Assembly: GCF_000711695.1 (NCBI RefSeq)
Contig: NW_013547020.1
Location: 1 to 64,000, forward strand
Reading direction: 5' to 3'
DNA: 64,000 nucleotides
Source: Tilletiaria anomala UBC 951
Taxonomy: Eukaryota
Both the position numbers and the translations under genes were made by a program. Below the pieces are notes generated by a model that saw nothing but the letters and a program-made list of their open reading frames with translations, searched no databases and was not told the DNA's origin. Position 1 is the stretch's first letter, and each line of letters starts with the position of its first letter. This document shows positions 25,159 through 39,158 of the stretch, piece after piece.

Positions 25159-27544
25159 CACGGCTGTTTCCGCCACTGACATTTTCAAGCGATCGTGAAT
25201 GATCGGCACTTGGCATCCTGTGCAACTGCCCCTCCCTTGGTGTGGTCTGCGTTGCGGTTTCGACGAGCATTCTTCCTGCATCAAGCCCACATAAGTCCTC
25301 TTCGCGTGGTCTCCAAGCCGCTCGCCAATCCTCGATTCGCGAAACTTCATCGTCTGTCAGAAACATGCCCGCTTCATCCAACGCGGTATGACTCGTGTTA
25401 TCCGCAGGCGCTGTCTGGACCTCCTGTGTGCCACACTCGACCAATAAAAGTGCGTGTCCAAGGACATAGAAGAGGTGAGCCTTCAGCTACTCCTGAAGCG
25501 ACCAGATGAGAACCGCACTCTGAGCAATGCAGCTGAGACGCGTTCGCACTCATAGTACCGCGATGAGTCCGTCCCGAACTGGAAAGGAGAGCTTTCTTCG
25601 TGCTCCGGCACTGATGATTGCATGGGATGGAGTAGAGTCAAAGGCGTTCGTGAGCCATTGGGGCTTTGCAAAGATCCTGTCGATCATGGCCGGCCTCTGT
25701 CAGACCCAGAGCCCGACCACGTTGGCGAACGCTGGTATTGCAGCGACGTCGTGGCGAAGGCACGTGTCCGTTGCCTCTAAACCTGTACTATCGACCATGC
25801 TTCGTTGTCACGGCTTTTGGCGCCGCAATATTTGCACGCAGTGCGGAGAGGTGGAGACTGAGATTGAAGACTGGATATTGGAGATGATATGTATCGGCAA
25901 TTCAACAGCCTGGCTACGGTGGCCCTGCGGGCTACCTGCCGCCTGGCTCGATGCATCCTCTGCTTGACTGTAGAAACAAGAGAATACAGTAGATCTGATA
26001 GCGAGCCCTTGGGCCCCCTTCCAATTATTCCGTATTGATGTAGTGAATGCAAGTGTGCCAAGCCTACATGTTGAATATATGTAGGTCAGGAACGACAAAT
26101 GCAGCGTAGGCTGGCGCAGGTCATGGCCGAATCACCAGGCAGCTCAATGAATAGAATCAGGGTAATACCGTGAAAAATGTGGGTTACAAGATTGAAGACC
26201 AAGAATATGTCGAGAAATATCAGATTTTGTGTGAAACTACAGGCGAAATATAAAAATTGAAAAGGAAACATGGAAATATGTAGAAATTTTGGAATACTGA
26301 AGATATCAAGCTATGAAACGATGAATATCGATTCCCATGACGTACTCGGCCAAATTGCTTTTTTGGACAGCTCAGTGGCAGCACCTGGATGCCTTGCCGA
26401 AACTTGGCAAGACGGACAAACTGGGAAGCGGCCAGCAGCGCCTGGGTTACGGCAGTCCAATGTGTCACAGCAAGCCCCAGCAGTGTCCCAATCACCAGGC
26501 ACAAGGCTGGCAGGCTTCGCCGACCGCCCTGCTCCGCCTACGCCCGAAGACTCACAGGTTACAGCCTACACCAGCCACCACACTGCCGATTGGTATGTAG
26601 ACATCCACATGGCTTTCGACTGTGCCATGACCGTGAGGATTTGGCAGCGTTTGGGACTTTAGACATCTCTCCAGACACCTCACTCTCTTGACATCTGTAG
26701 AAAAATCGTAACTCGTCTAAACGAGCAACTCATACTCTCTTGTGTTTCATTGCTCGTTCACTCATCCACCTCTCCCCTCGCATTCCTGTTACATATCTAC
26801 ACTGACGCAAAAGTCCAAATGTGCGCGAGTGCGCGAGGCGCGAGACTGCTGCAAGGCGTGGACTCACTGGTAACATTTTATCTTGTTCTACTGACGTCTG
26901 GGAATTGCCTATTTTTTGTGCCGTTGAAGTATAGGGATCCGAAAATGGCGACCCGGAAAAACAGGTCGCAATCCGCCTTACTTTCATTTCCATATTTTGT
27001 CCTCGGCAATCAATACCACCCAGCGCATTGTATTTTGAACATTAACCTGGAGGTGTGGCACCCACTTGGCTCATCATTCGATGCGGCATCACCGCTTGGC
27101 GCTTTTATCTTCTCAATAGTCGGAAAAGGTACATATGTATACAGTATGCCCCGTGCCTGCAAAAGTGACGTGCGCAGGAGTGTGGGTGTAGTGTTTGTGT
27201 ATGACTGCGTACGTGTGCGTCGCACTAGTCCGCGTCGGAGGTGCTCCAGCGCCAGACCAGGGGGAGCTGCGCACCTGCGTATCGAGGCCCCAGGCATGTC
27301 GAGGAACAAACAAGCGCTCAGGCCACGCAGTGTGCCGAGAAAATGGGGCAAGGAGACCCAGGCATCAAGCATCAATCATTCATGGTAAAGATCGTCAAGA
27401 GATTCCCATTCGTACCTCGAATAATGCAGCAGCGGCGTGGGCGATTGCGGCGTATCAAAACTTTGCTTGATGCACAACCTTGGCTTCGGAAGGTATACAG
27501 AGCCCCCCCCACCCCACCCCAACTCAAGGGGAAGGACAGCGTCG

Positions 27545-29020
27545 CTACGGTAGCTGCGCCCAGTCGATGCCTCCTCCGGGTCCGTAGCGCTTCTCCAACC
27601 ATTCGTTCGCCTTTTTGAAGTGCCCGTTGCCCAGGAAGCCTCTATGGGCCGACAGTGGAGAGGGATGCGGAGAGCGCAGAATGAGAATGTTGGGCGACTT
27701 GTCATTGATGCCGGCTTCGATTAGTGACCGAGCGGCTGGCTGCCCCCAGACGAGGAAGACGACGCCTTTGCAAGTGCTGGAAGAGCCGCCGCTGGATGCA
27801 GGACGGGATGATGTCTGGGAAGCCTGGTGGGCGACTGACTGGCCTGCAGCCTTGGAGAACATGGACACGAGCTTGATCTCGGCCGCAGCAGACACCGAAG
27901 AACCACCTTTTGCTGCCTCCTGGGCAACCAGTTTGAGCACGGAGCGTGTAAAGGGCTCCCATCCTTTGCCATGATGCGAGCCTGCTTGCCCAGCCGAGAC
28001 CGTCTGCAATGACAAAGGTGGCACGCGCTTCAGCAAATAGAGAGAAGCAGTCATGCTGTTATCAATTTTCCGCACTCACGAGGCATGCATTGAGAAGCAA
28101 GACGCCTTGTTTTGCCCATCCTGTCAGGTCACCATGCTTGGGCGGTGCGAATGCGCCTGGATATTCGCTCGCGAGCTCCTTGTAGATGTTCTTCAGGCTC
28201 CCCGGCACGGCGACGCCTTTGGGGACCGAGAAGCTGTGCCCGCACGCCTGCCCTGGGCCGTGGTACGGATCCTGGCCGAGTACGACGACCTTGACCTTGT
28301 GCAAAGGGGCCTCTCGCGACCAGCTGTGGATGAGATGCTCTGGTGGATAGATTTTCTTCTGCGCCGCCTGCTCTGCCTTTAGAAAGGATTTGAGCTGCGA
28401 GGAGTGGGCAAGGATCAGCATGCGGTTCACGGTGCATCATCCGAGGGGGGAAGAGCCTTTGGCACCTTTTTGAAATAATCTTTCTTCATCTCATTTTCCA
28501 GTCTGGCGAACCATTCTGGGTCCATTGTGCGCCGTTCGACGCCAAGACCATCATCATCGTCGACTTCTTCGACGGCTGAAGACATGACCGCTGACCCAGC
28601 TAGCTTGAACCCGAGCTGCATCTGCTTTCCCTTGACTGGCGTCGACAGGAGATGTGTCTGTGATGACTTGGCACTACGTGGCGAGGGAGGGTGAGCTGTC
28701 ACCTGCTTTGAGACAGCACGCTCCCCGACTGCAGGATGGGACCCGTGTGAGTCGTATTCCTCGGCTGCGGCAACGAGCGCCGCGTCATCGAATTCTCCAT
28801 CGAATTCTCCGTCAAATTCTCCATCTATCTGCAGTCCACCTGCCTCATGTGCCGCACTGGCCGCCTGCTGGGAACTGCCGCTTTCCGTCTTGGGCCTCTT
28901 GCGCGCGGGTGAAGCGTCCAAGGACCCAGAGCAAGTTGTTGCCGCGGCAGCTTCTGTTGATGGGCTGGCTGGCGGCAATTGGGCGAGCGGCCGCCTTTCG
29001 GCGATATTCAAGTTTCTCAT
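27545..29020 (-). CDS. UNG1: Uracil-DNA glycosylase family 1; exons 29020-28466, 28394-28080, 28003-27545 (start codon uncertain)
   Basis: VKVVVLGQDPYHGPGQACGHSFSV, GSLKNIYKEL, GDLTGWAKQGVLLLN, VFLVWG, SPHPSPLSAHRGF, HFKKANEWL. Confidence 0.95.
28786..28821. repeat. 12-bp tandem repeat x3 encoding (DGEF)3 in the Ung1 N-terminal tail
   Basis: catcgaattctc catcgaattctc cgtcaaattctc. Confidence 0.85.
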
Positions 29021-30012
29021 GTGTCGCAGGAGGGTGATTGGGCTGCAAAGCACTCGTTGGAGGAGCCTGCGAGGTATGTCGTGGCACTGGAAGAAGAACG
29101 GACGGACGGCTCTACGTGCTGGTCCCGCTGCCCGGCACGACAGGATGAGACAACAACACACCAGAGAAGACGGATTGCGAGTGGTATTCGGCGGTGGCTT
29201 GTCGTGGGTATTGGTCCCCCATGGAGAGAATCAGCGTTGGGGGTTGCGTTTGATTAAGTGTTGAGCTGAGTGCGTAAGAACGACGCGATCTCATTCTGGG
29301 TATCGCGACGCGTTCTCCCGGCCGAAAGTTACGTCGACAACGCGCGGCAATCCAAACGAAATGGAAGACAACAAAAAATACCTAATAAGCAGTCCCAAAC
29401 ATAAAGACGTATACTCGGCTTCACCCGAAACACAGTAGAACACAGAGCACGCAGAACAGAGTACAAGTCAAAGCCGCCGGTTGTCACAGTGCAGTCTGTA
29501 GCTATCAGGAAGCCCGGCTCCAGAGAGCAAGGAGAAGAAAGTGTCCAGAGAGAGCGACGATTCTATAATCTGCATATTGGGGTTGGGTGGTAGTGAGTGG
29601 GGGGGGGGTGTACAGAGTGCGCAATACAAGGGCAGGCCCTAGTGCGAGTGCGGCGCTGTGCATTTCTGCCAGCTTCAACGCGTGCGCACGGGACGCTCCC
29701 AGCCTGACGAGTGACGCCTCTGGGAATGCGTATATATTCACTGAGGTGTGGTTGTCACCGCAGTGAGAGTGCTGCAGTGCCTGTCAGTCCAAATAACACT
29801 CTCACACATTTCTCTCCTTACCATCTTCTGCTATTACTGACATACTCGTACATAGAACAGCAGTCACCTTCTCGGTTCCTACATAGTCAGCGGCCCAAGC
29901 CATGGCCTCGCCAGTGTAAAGAAGCGGTGGCCAGCAAAAAAGGCAGGCAGGCAGGCAGAGCAGGAAGGGCGTGCATGCGTGCGAGCACAGCATATTGGGA
30001 GATGACGTCCCA

Positions 30013-33000
30013 ATGACATACAGAGGAGACCTCCCCCAATCACGACACGCCATTGTCACTGCTGCCGCCGACGCCGGAAACTCGCCACGGCCCGCCGCCA
30101 CCAGTACTGTCAGCAGCAAGACGCGCACCACCCGCGCCGTTTCTTCCCAGCAGCAGCCTGCTCCACGCCCGTCCAGCCGGCCTGTCTCCTCAAGGGCGGC
30201 AACACAGGGCGTGGCGACGACAGCTGCAAGGTTCGTGCTCGGCTCACGGCCTCGCTACCACAGCGCCACCACCACCACTACAACCGCCGCTGCCGCCGCC
30301 TCCGTGGTTGCCAGGAACACCACCATATTGAAAGCATCAGAGAAGGAGAAAGCTCCTGTTGCTCCTGCTGCTGCAGTCAGTCGATCAAGCAGTACCGGTA
30401 CAGGCACTACGCCTCCCGCTCGTAATCCAGCCGAGTCAACACCCTTTGCATCGCCTTCGAGGAGAGCGCTTTCCTTTACGCCACGGTCGAGCACCCAAGC
30501 TTCATCAGGTACCAGGGAATCCACCACAGTCCGCCCCAGAACTGCCCAGCAGCAGAAACAAAGTGTCTCGGCATCGCCATCACCACGCCTACGTCCCCGG
30601 TCCACAGGGCAAACCCAGACTCGGCAGAGGGTCTCTGCGACTCTGTCCCCCAGGAACGTCAGTGCTGTGAGCCAGGGCAGCCCCAGTATCGCTTCCGCTG
30701 TACGCCAGACGGCACGCTTGTTGCCAGGTCTGACCCAAACGTCGCCGCAAGCAGCCGTATCGTCAGCATCATCATCGACGAACACGAGTGCCTCCCAACA
30801 GCGTGCTCGTGAGAGAAGGCTCTCCCAACCGACAGCAAGCACCTCGCACGCCCTGTCTTGTACACCCATCGCTCCTGTAACTGCACGATCGAATGGTCCG
30901 GCGGAGTGTCCGGTCAAAACGACTGGCAGCGCAAGACTCGCCAGTGACCGATCACCAAAGAGCGGGCCAGTAGGTGCGAGACACTCGCTTCTTTCTTCAG
31001 TTCCACTGAAAGACATACCAGCAGCAGCGCCTGACGCTGTGGATAATACTTCTTCTTCTTCGGCATCGCCATCAACGACCTCAGTGGCAGCAGCAGCAGC
31101 ACGAGAGGGGAGCGTGGAACGCCCCGGTGGCCTCAAGGCGAGGGGTGCGGCCATGTCGCAATATGTCAACTCACTACCATCCTCAGCGGCGGCGCGCAAG
31201 ACGACCTACCTACGCAAACCCAGTGGGCAAGAGACCATGGGCTCACCGCTCTCGAGGACAGTCCAGCGGAAAGCTAGTGCGGAAGGAGCAGGTGAGTAAG
31301 AGGGGGGGAGGGGGGGTCGGTGATTGATTTCCTGTTACCACATCCATATGTCCTGATACATTCTTTGTACTCTCTTGGCTCGTTTCCCTTCACGTCTTGG
31401 CTCACGCCCTTAGACTCGCCTGACAGCTCAAGGTCGTTTCTGGATGTGCGCGATGCGGCGCCGAACGTGCGATCTACGCAAGGCGCTACTGCTAACAATT
31501 TTGACTCATCCTTGCTCGACGCCATATCCACCTCCATCATCGACTATGGCTTGTCCGAGGACCGAGCTGGAACAGCCGCCGGCAGCGCACAGCACGAGGC
31601 TCGACACAGTGCGACTCACATGTACCATCCTGTTGCCAGCAGATCAGCCGCCGCGGGCAGGCCCGCGCTGCATCTCTCCGACATTCGATCCGGCGCATCC
31701 TTGCTCGCGCATCAGCGCGACGCGTCGCCTGAACTGTCGTCCAAGTTCTCCGAATTCTCCTCGGCCGCGGGCACGCCCGAGGCCAACCCGGGCATGGCGG
31801 CCTTCATCGGCCCGAAGCCCTCGTTCGTGTCGTCCTCTTTGTCGAGGGAGCTCAGCTCGAGCTCTTCCTCGCTCGCAAGGCTCGCTAGCAACAACTCCGA
31901 TTCGCTCTCGTCGTCCGATCTGGGCACCGGTACCAGGCCGTCGGCATCGGCGTACAGCCAGTCGACCCCGAGACGGCCGGAGGACCTCTCCGTCAGTGTA
32001 GTGAGCGCCCATTCGCCCCTGTCCGCATCCATGTCCGGAACAATGCTCGACACATTCACGCCAGCTGCTTCGCCGCGCTCGTTTGACCGCGCCGGCCAGA
32101 TTGGCATCGGCGAACTGGCGACGCCGCGGCTCAACTTGCCGCCCGCTGACAAGCTGCCCTGGAACGCGGAGCGAAATTCGGCGGTGGCAGCAGCGGGAGG
32201 AGGAGGAGCATACGCCCCTACTGGACTCAGCGAATCCTTCAGCGCGCCCCTCCTCGCCGAGGACGCCCATCGTCCGTCCCAGCTGCCCATCTTCCGGCCG
32301 CAACAGGACCACACACCGGCGCTTGCGTCTGCCGGATTGGCAGAGAGCTCGTCGTCGATGGGAGCCGAGGCGTTCCGCCACGCTCGCTCGACGTCGCACT
32401 CGCTCGGCGGGCTCGGCTTGCGCAAAGCGCCTAACGCCAACAAAAGCCTTGGCGAGCTTGCCTCGGGCGGTCGCGGCCGCAACGACGAACTGCCCACGTT
32501 GCAGTCGGCCAACCCGTCGTTGCTTTCTAGCTTCAGCTCGCTCTCGTCCCTGCCGAGGGGTTTCGAGTCCAATCCGGCCGAGTTTCTCGCAGAATTTGAG
32601 AGTTTCACGTCGCGCAAACGCGAGCGCGACAGCCTCCTGTGGCAGCAACAGCTGCTGCAGCCGACGCCGATCGATAAGCCCGACTCGCCCGCGTTCAGCA
32701 TCGATGCAGTGTCCGACGACGAGTCCGCTGACGCCGACCGCGGAGGATCCGCCTCTTTCGCTTCGACTGCACGAACCGCCAAGGTTGCCGCTGCTGCCGC
32801 CGCTGCTGCAGCGCGGAACTCGAATGCGTCAACCATCGGAGACTCAGCCTGGTCGGCAGACGAGATGGGACCGTTTGGGTCCGAGCAGATCGCAACCGCA
32901 CCACGGCGCGCGTCCCCTGCCTCTGCGGCGCGCAAGGAGTCTGCCAGGCGCGTTCTGGCCGACCTGAGCGGAGGCGGCGTCAGCGAGTCGGATCGTGGTA

Positions 33001-36000
33001 GCTTTGATCTCAATGCAGCCATCACCGATCTGCTGCACGAACATGACCGCATACACTCAGTCCGACGCACTACGGGACACGTGGACGATGAGGAGGACAG
33101 CTCGGATGCCGGCTCAACGATGCGCTTACCCATTGCAAATATGTGGACGCAAGCCGCATTCGCTGCGTCGAAAAACGAAGCGGTGAAGGTTGCGTCGGAC
33201 ACGCGCAAGCGCGAATCCACGTCGACTGTCACTAGCGTACACTCCAGTCGTAGGGCAAGCGCCAAGGCGAAGGCTGCAGCGCCTCCGACACCGTCCAATC
33301 GCAAGGCGTCGCTCGAATCGAAACGCAGCTCGGCGGCTTCACTCCATGCCGCTGGCTCTAGCTCCTCTCAGCGTGCGTCGCGAGGGCCGGCGGCCACATC
33401 AGAAGCAGGCGAACGGACCAGCATGCCACCAACCACACCGGGCTATCGGCGAAGAACTTCTACTTCCAGCATCGCTCAGTCCCTTCTTAGGGGCTCGATG
33501 CCTCCCGAGGCCGCAGACGAGTACCAGACTCTACTCTCGGGCACGGGCAGGAAGTCCCGCGGCTCTGGCGAGATCACGGAAGGTTCTGCGTCAGATGCGC
33601 TTCGCAAATTGGATGGCATCCGTCCGACGACGCCACGGTCGATCAAGGACGGGAGCTCTCGCAGTCCTCGCAACAGCCGGCAGTACGGCTCTGGGGCTAG
33701 TGCCGGGCGACGGACACCGAGCAGCGCGAGTCGAACGGCATCCCCCGCGAGCAAGTCTCGCGATAATAGCTCCCGGCCGGAAAGCGTGCGCCTTGCGTTG
33801 AGAGCGCCACGCACTGCGGACCCGCTCAAGCAAAACAGTCCGCAGTCGCGCAAAGTCCCGATTCCTGGCGAGTTGGCTCGCGCGACCAACGCTGCTCGTT
33901 CTACTTCGGCCGTCCGAACAATTTCTTCTATCATCCCGAAGCGCGCCTCGACAAGCAGCCTGGCCGCTCGAGATGACAGCGCTCATGCGTCTGCTTTGGA
34001 CGTGAAGAGCACGCGTAACGCAGCTGGCGATGACCTGCTGGTACTCCGGACCAATGGCCACGCCAGTGGACCAGCTTTCGAAAGCGGTATGGGCGTTAAG
34101 AAGAACGTCCCGCCCGTCCCGCCTTTGCCGCGGGTGATCGACTCTGCAAAGGGCTCGCCGCTCCTGTCTCCGACGTTCAAAAGTTTCTTGAATAGCCCCG
34201 CGTCATCTGCTTCGCAAGTATTTGCCAGTCGAAGCTCTTCAAATGAGGAGATGGAGCACATGGCCAACGACGTCGAGCCACGCGCAGCCGCTGCTGCATT
34301 GACTCCAGCGAAAGGTGCAATCCATGCGCCGTCCAGCAAAAATTTATCGTCTCGAAGAGGGTCATTCTCGCTCACTCAGAAGATGAGCTTCTCTTCCATC
34401 TCGAACGCATTCGCTCGAAGTCCATCCTCGCGGGACAAGTCGCAGCCGATTACGTCGACGATGAAAGCTTCACTTGAAGAGAAGGTTGCTGGCGCGGCGA
34501 GAAGACTCGGCGAGCTTCCCGTTGAGTCGATCCCCCTCGACCTCGATTCGCTTGACGGCCCTTCTCTGACAGCGCCATTGTCCATGTCCCAGGAGTTTGG
34601 GAATGGCGTCCAACTATTACCGACGTCGCCGCGGAACAGACGGACGCCGTCCATGTTCCTGAGTCGCTCTTCGTCAAAGCTTCCAGATACCTCAGTGGCC
34701 GCGATCTCCTCGCAGGAGAAGTTTGACAGCGAAATGTCCAGCATCATTTCCGGTGGCGTGTCGCAGACAAAGTCGATCCTTGGTATTGGGGGTCTGCTGC
34801 GCACTGCGTCGCGGCGTGCCTCTCATGTTGGAGATGCATCAGATACGTCAGGAGAGGGCAAAGGCTTTCTGGGAAGAGTTGGCTTGGGAAAGAGCACTGC
34901 TGCTCCTCAGACTCCTGGTTCTCGAAAGCGTACAACGGTGAGCTTGATTTTCAAACTCGCTTTGATGTCTTCATGCTTACATGCAGGTTGCTTTGCAGAC
35001 ACTGCCGTCTTCCTCTGGCCCTCCGAAGATACAACCAACGGCGCTCCCTCCCATGCAAGTTACGCCTTTGCGTGTTTCCATCTCGACAAGCAGCCCGCGA
35101 AAGCAAGATGTTCAAGATGTCACCTCTCCTGGACGACGGCGTCTTATGAACTCCAATTCGACTCAAAATCTGAGCGCAGCGGCGAGCAAGGATGCCGGAT
35201 CAGCGGAGCGCCTTTCGCCATCGCGCAAAGTCAGCGCAGCGGACCTCTCGGGTTCTCGTATCCCACGTGCAACTGGCTCCATTCGCATAAATGGTGACTC
35301 GCTGACGCGCTCATCTTCAACTGCGAGCCGGTCCGGCAGCATGGCCAGTTCTGGCACGTTACCTCCATCTGCAGCGGGTGTGCCGGAATTGGGAGAGACT
35401 GTAAGCCGGCGAACATCATTGACTGCACGGAAGGATGGATCGTCTGCGATCGTGTCTATCTTGAATGCCTATGCGCAAGCTAAGACGCCACAGGAGATGG
35501 ACACTGTCTTGCGCAGAGCTCGCATCACGTCGCATTCAAGTGCGCTCACAGCCAGCGAGCGGGAGATCTTGCAGAGTCTCTCGGCACGTGGCGAGCGTCG
35601 CAGCGATGCGACGGCAGCCATCAACGGCACGAGTGAGGGTTCAATGCGCACCAAGGCGGACTCGCTACTGACCTCTTCACGGCACAGCGTCGCTGGAAGC
35701 TTGTCAGCTTCCAACTTATCTGCGCGCAGCGTGGCAGGAGCGAGTGCCGTGCCGGCTTCGACGCGGACTGCGCGTGTGTGCGTGACATCAACCTCTGCTT
35801 CGGCTAAGGTTGCTAGGGACCTCGCGAGCGGATCTTCGCTACGCAGCAGCCAAGCGAACTTGGATGGCAGACATGCGTCGGAGCCCATTACGGTTCTCTT
35901 TGATGAAGACGCGCGCGCTGGCGATGATGAAATGGAGGCCTACATCCGACGTCACCAGGCCAAGAAGCTTGCCTCCGGAGCGAAACAGGAAGACCTTGAT

Positions 36001-37545
36001 ATCATGCTCAAGTTCCCAGAGCCCGAGCCGCCAAGCCGAGAGCTGTCGCCACGTCAAGCGGAAGTGATCTACGGAAACCGTCTCTGTGAATACGAACTCA
36101 AGGAGATTCATGATTACAAGCAAGTCTACTACGTCGGCACCCTAAACAAGCACATGGCAACGCTCAACAAGGCAGCGAACAATTACGGATATGATGACGA
36201 GCGCGGTGACTATCTTGTCACCAATCACGATCATCTAGCGTACCGCTATGAGGTGATCGACCTTCTCGGGAGGGGTTCTTTTGGCCAAGTGCTGCAGTGC
36301 AAGGATCACAAGACAGGCAAGTTCTGCGCCATCAAGCTGATTCGGAACAAGAAGCGGTTCCACCACCAGGCTCTCGTTGAAGTTAAGATCCTTGAAAATC
36401 TGGCAAACTGGGTAAGTGTTTTGGCCTACCCTGGCAAAGCTATCGGTACTGACAGGAGTGCTTGTTCAGGATCCGGATGAGCAATACAATGTCATCAAGA
36501 TGACGGAGTCATTCTACTTCCGCAACCACCTGTGCATCGCGATGGAGCTCCTCAGCATCAACTTGTACGAGCTTATCAAAGCGAACAGCTTTGCAGGCTT
36601 CTCGACGCGCCTCATTCGGCGATTCACAATCCAAGTTATCGCCTCCCTTATCCTCATGCGAAAGCATCGGATCGTGCACTGCGACCTGAAGCCAGAGAAC
36701 ATTCTGCTCATGCATCCCCGCAAGAGTGCCATCAAGGTAATCGACTTTGGTTCGAGCTGCTTCGAGAATGAGAAGGTGTACACATACATCCAAAGTCGAT
36801 TCTATCGTTCGCCAGAGGTCATTCTCGGCATGAACTACCACACTGGTAAGCAGTCGAATCCATGTTACGAGCTAATACTTCTAGCTGACATATCCCCAAA
36901 CTATTCACAGCGATCGACATTTGGAGTCTGGGGTGCATCATAGCGGAGCTATATACCGGATACCCCATTTTCCCTGGCGAGAACGAGCAGGAGCAGCTGG
37001 CATGCATCATGGAGGTGTTTGGCGTACCAGAGAGGTATTTGATCGAGAGAAGCTCCCGCAAAAAGCTCTTCTTTGACTCGACAGGCGCCCCTCGGCCCGT
37101 GGTGAACTCGAAAGGAAAGCGACGTCGCCCCGCGACGAAAACTCTTCAGCAGGTTCTCCGATGCAGTGACGAGCTTTTTGTTGACTTCATTGCCAAATGC
37201 CTCCACTGGGATCCTGAGCGCCGTCTCAAACCTGAGCAGGCCATGAAACATCCCTGGATCATTCAAGCGCGTCGGGGTGTACACCAAAATGGCTGCGTGG
37301 GCCTGAACGCGTCGCCCATGCTTGGTCCATCCAGCGCGGTGCTACCGCGCAAGACTAGCCTAATTGCATCATCCAGCTCCCCCGCTCGGTCGTCACGCAC
37401 GTCCTTTACGGGCTCAGTTGGCCCCAGCGCAGCCGCAACAATGGTCACCCCTCGCGCGAGTCACGCATTCAATGTCGGCAGCAGCAGCGGCAGCACCGTT
37501 CCTCAAGGCTCGCTGAGGACACCTCGGCAAGCTGTCCACTCGTGA
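30013..37545 (+). CDS. Class-2 DYRK kinase (Pom1/DYRK2-like), ~2,408 aa; exons 30013-31291, 31414-34937, 34999-36411, 36470-36845, 36911-37545
   Basis: DH box NYGYDDERGDY, DHLAYRYEV, GRGSFGQV, HCDLKPENILL, IDFGSSC, YTYIQSRFYRSPEV; very long S/R/A-rich N-terminal region joined by frame-preserving introns. Confidence 0.92.
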
Positions 37546-38024
37546 CTTGTTCACATGTTGGTTTCTTCCGTCCCTATTTGCACCCAACTCCTCCTGACCA
37601 TTTTCATGTGAGATACCAAGCAAGATCACAATAGCAATCATTCGAAACTTAATGGGAGTGACTCTCCTATCTGTTGGGATGACAGTTCATGTGCATCTAG
37701 ATACCAGTCTCGGGCCCAGTATTTGGATCCCCCTCATGGTCTGGTTCGCAGGCACGGGGCCCTTCAGTACGCGTGCTTCCAAGCAACAGCTAGATAGCAA
37801 TGTAAAAAGTGATGGCCCCGTCCCTGGCATTCATACACTGCTCAAATAAAAGAAACTGTTGTGCGCATAAATGCTTTGACATGCTTTGCATACGAGTGTA
37901 GCAGGACAGCGATCCATGGATGAAAGCGGATGCATAGAGAGGCGAGAGATGCGTAGAATGTGCCACCTCCGAACTCCATCAATGTATCCCGCCATCTGAA
38001 GGGGGTGAGAAGGCAACCCGCTTC

Positions 38025-38753
<729 letters not shown>

Positions 38754-39158
38754 TCAGCAGCTGTTGCTGTTTCCTGCGGTTGGGCGCAATTTTTATGAAG
38801 GCGGAATTTACATCTTTCTACCATACACGTAAATCCTGTTAACGTCACGTGAGCATTTCGCCCACAAGCACAGTCGAGCCTGCAACTTTGCGAACTCAGC
38901 ACTGGATGAGCAGAGCAACGTCACGCCTGTCAGGATTCTCGGACGCTCCGAAATCAAAAGGCGTTAACGTGCAAGTCCACTATGCCAGGTGCTCGTAGTC
39001 ACTGCTTCAAGCCTTCACCCACCGCCGATGCCATTGACGTCGTCCAGCTTGGACACCCTCAAGTCTCACAGATGTGGATGAGACTGCATAAGACAAGCGC
39101 CGAGTAGCTGGTTGGGCGGATGTGGTGATAGGCTTCTGGATCCATTATCATCTGAATC

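Noticed and set aside
29020..29294. Upstream exon (MRSRRSY...) spliced onto UNG1 to give a mitochondrial form
   Set aside because: The visible donor/acceptor combinations do not join in the UNG1 frame.
30255..33304. Long minus-strand ORFs (314, 334, 530 aa)
   Set aside because: Antisense shadows of the GC-rich, Ser/Ala-rich DYRK exons; no domain features.
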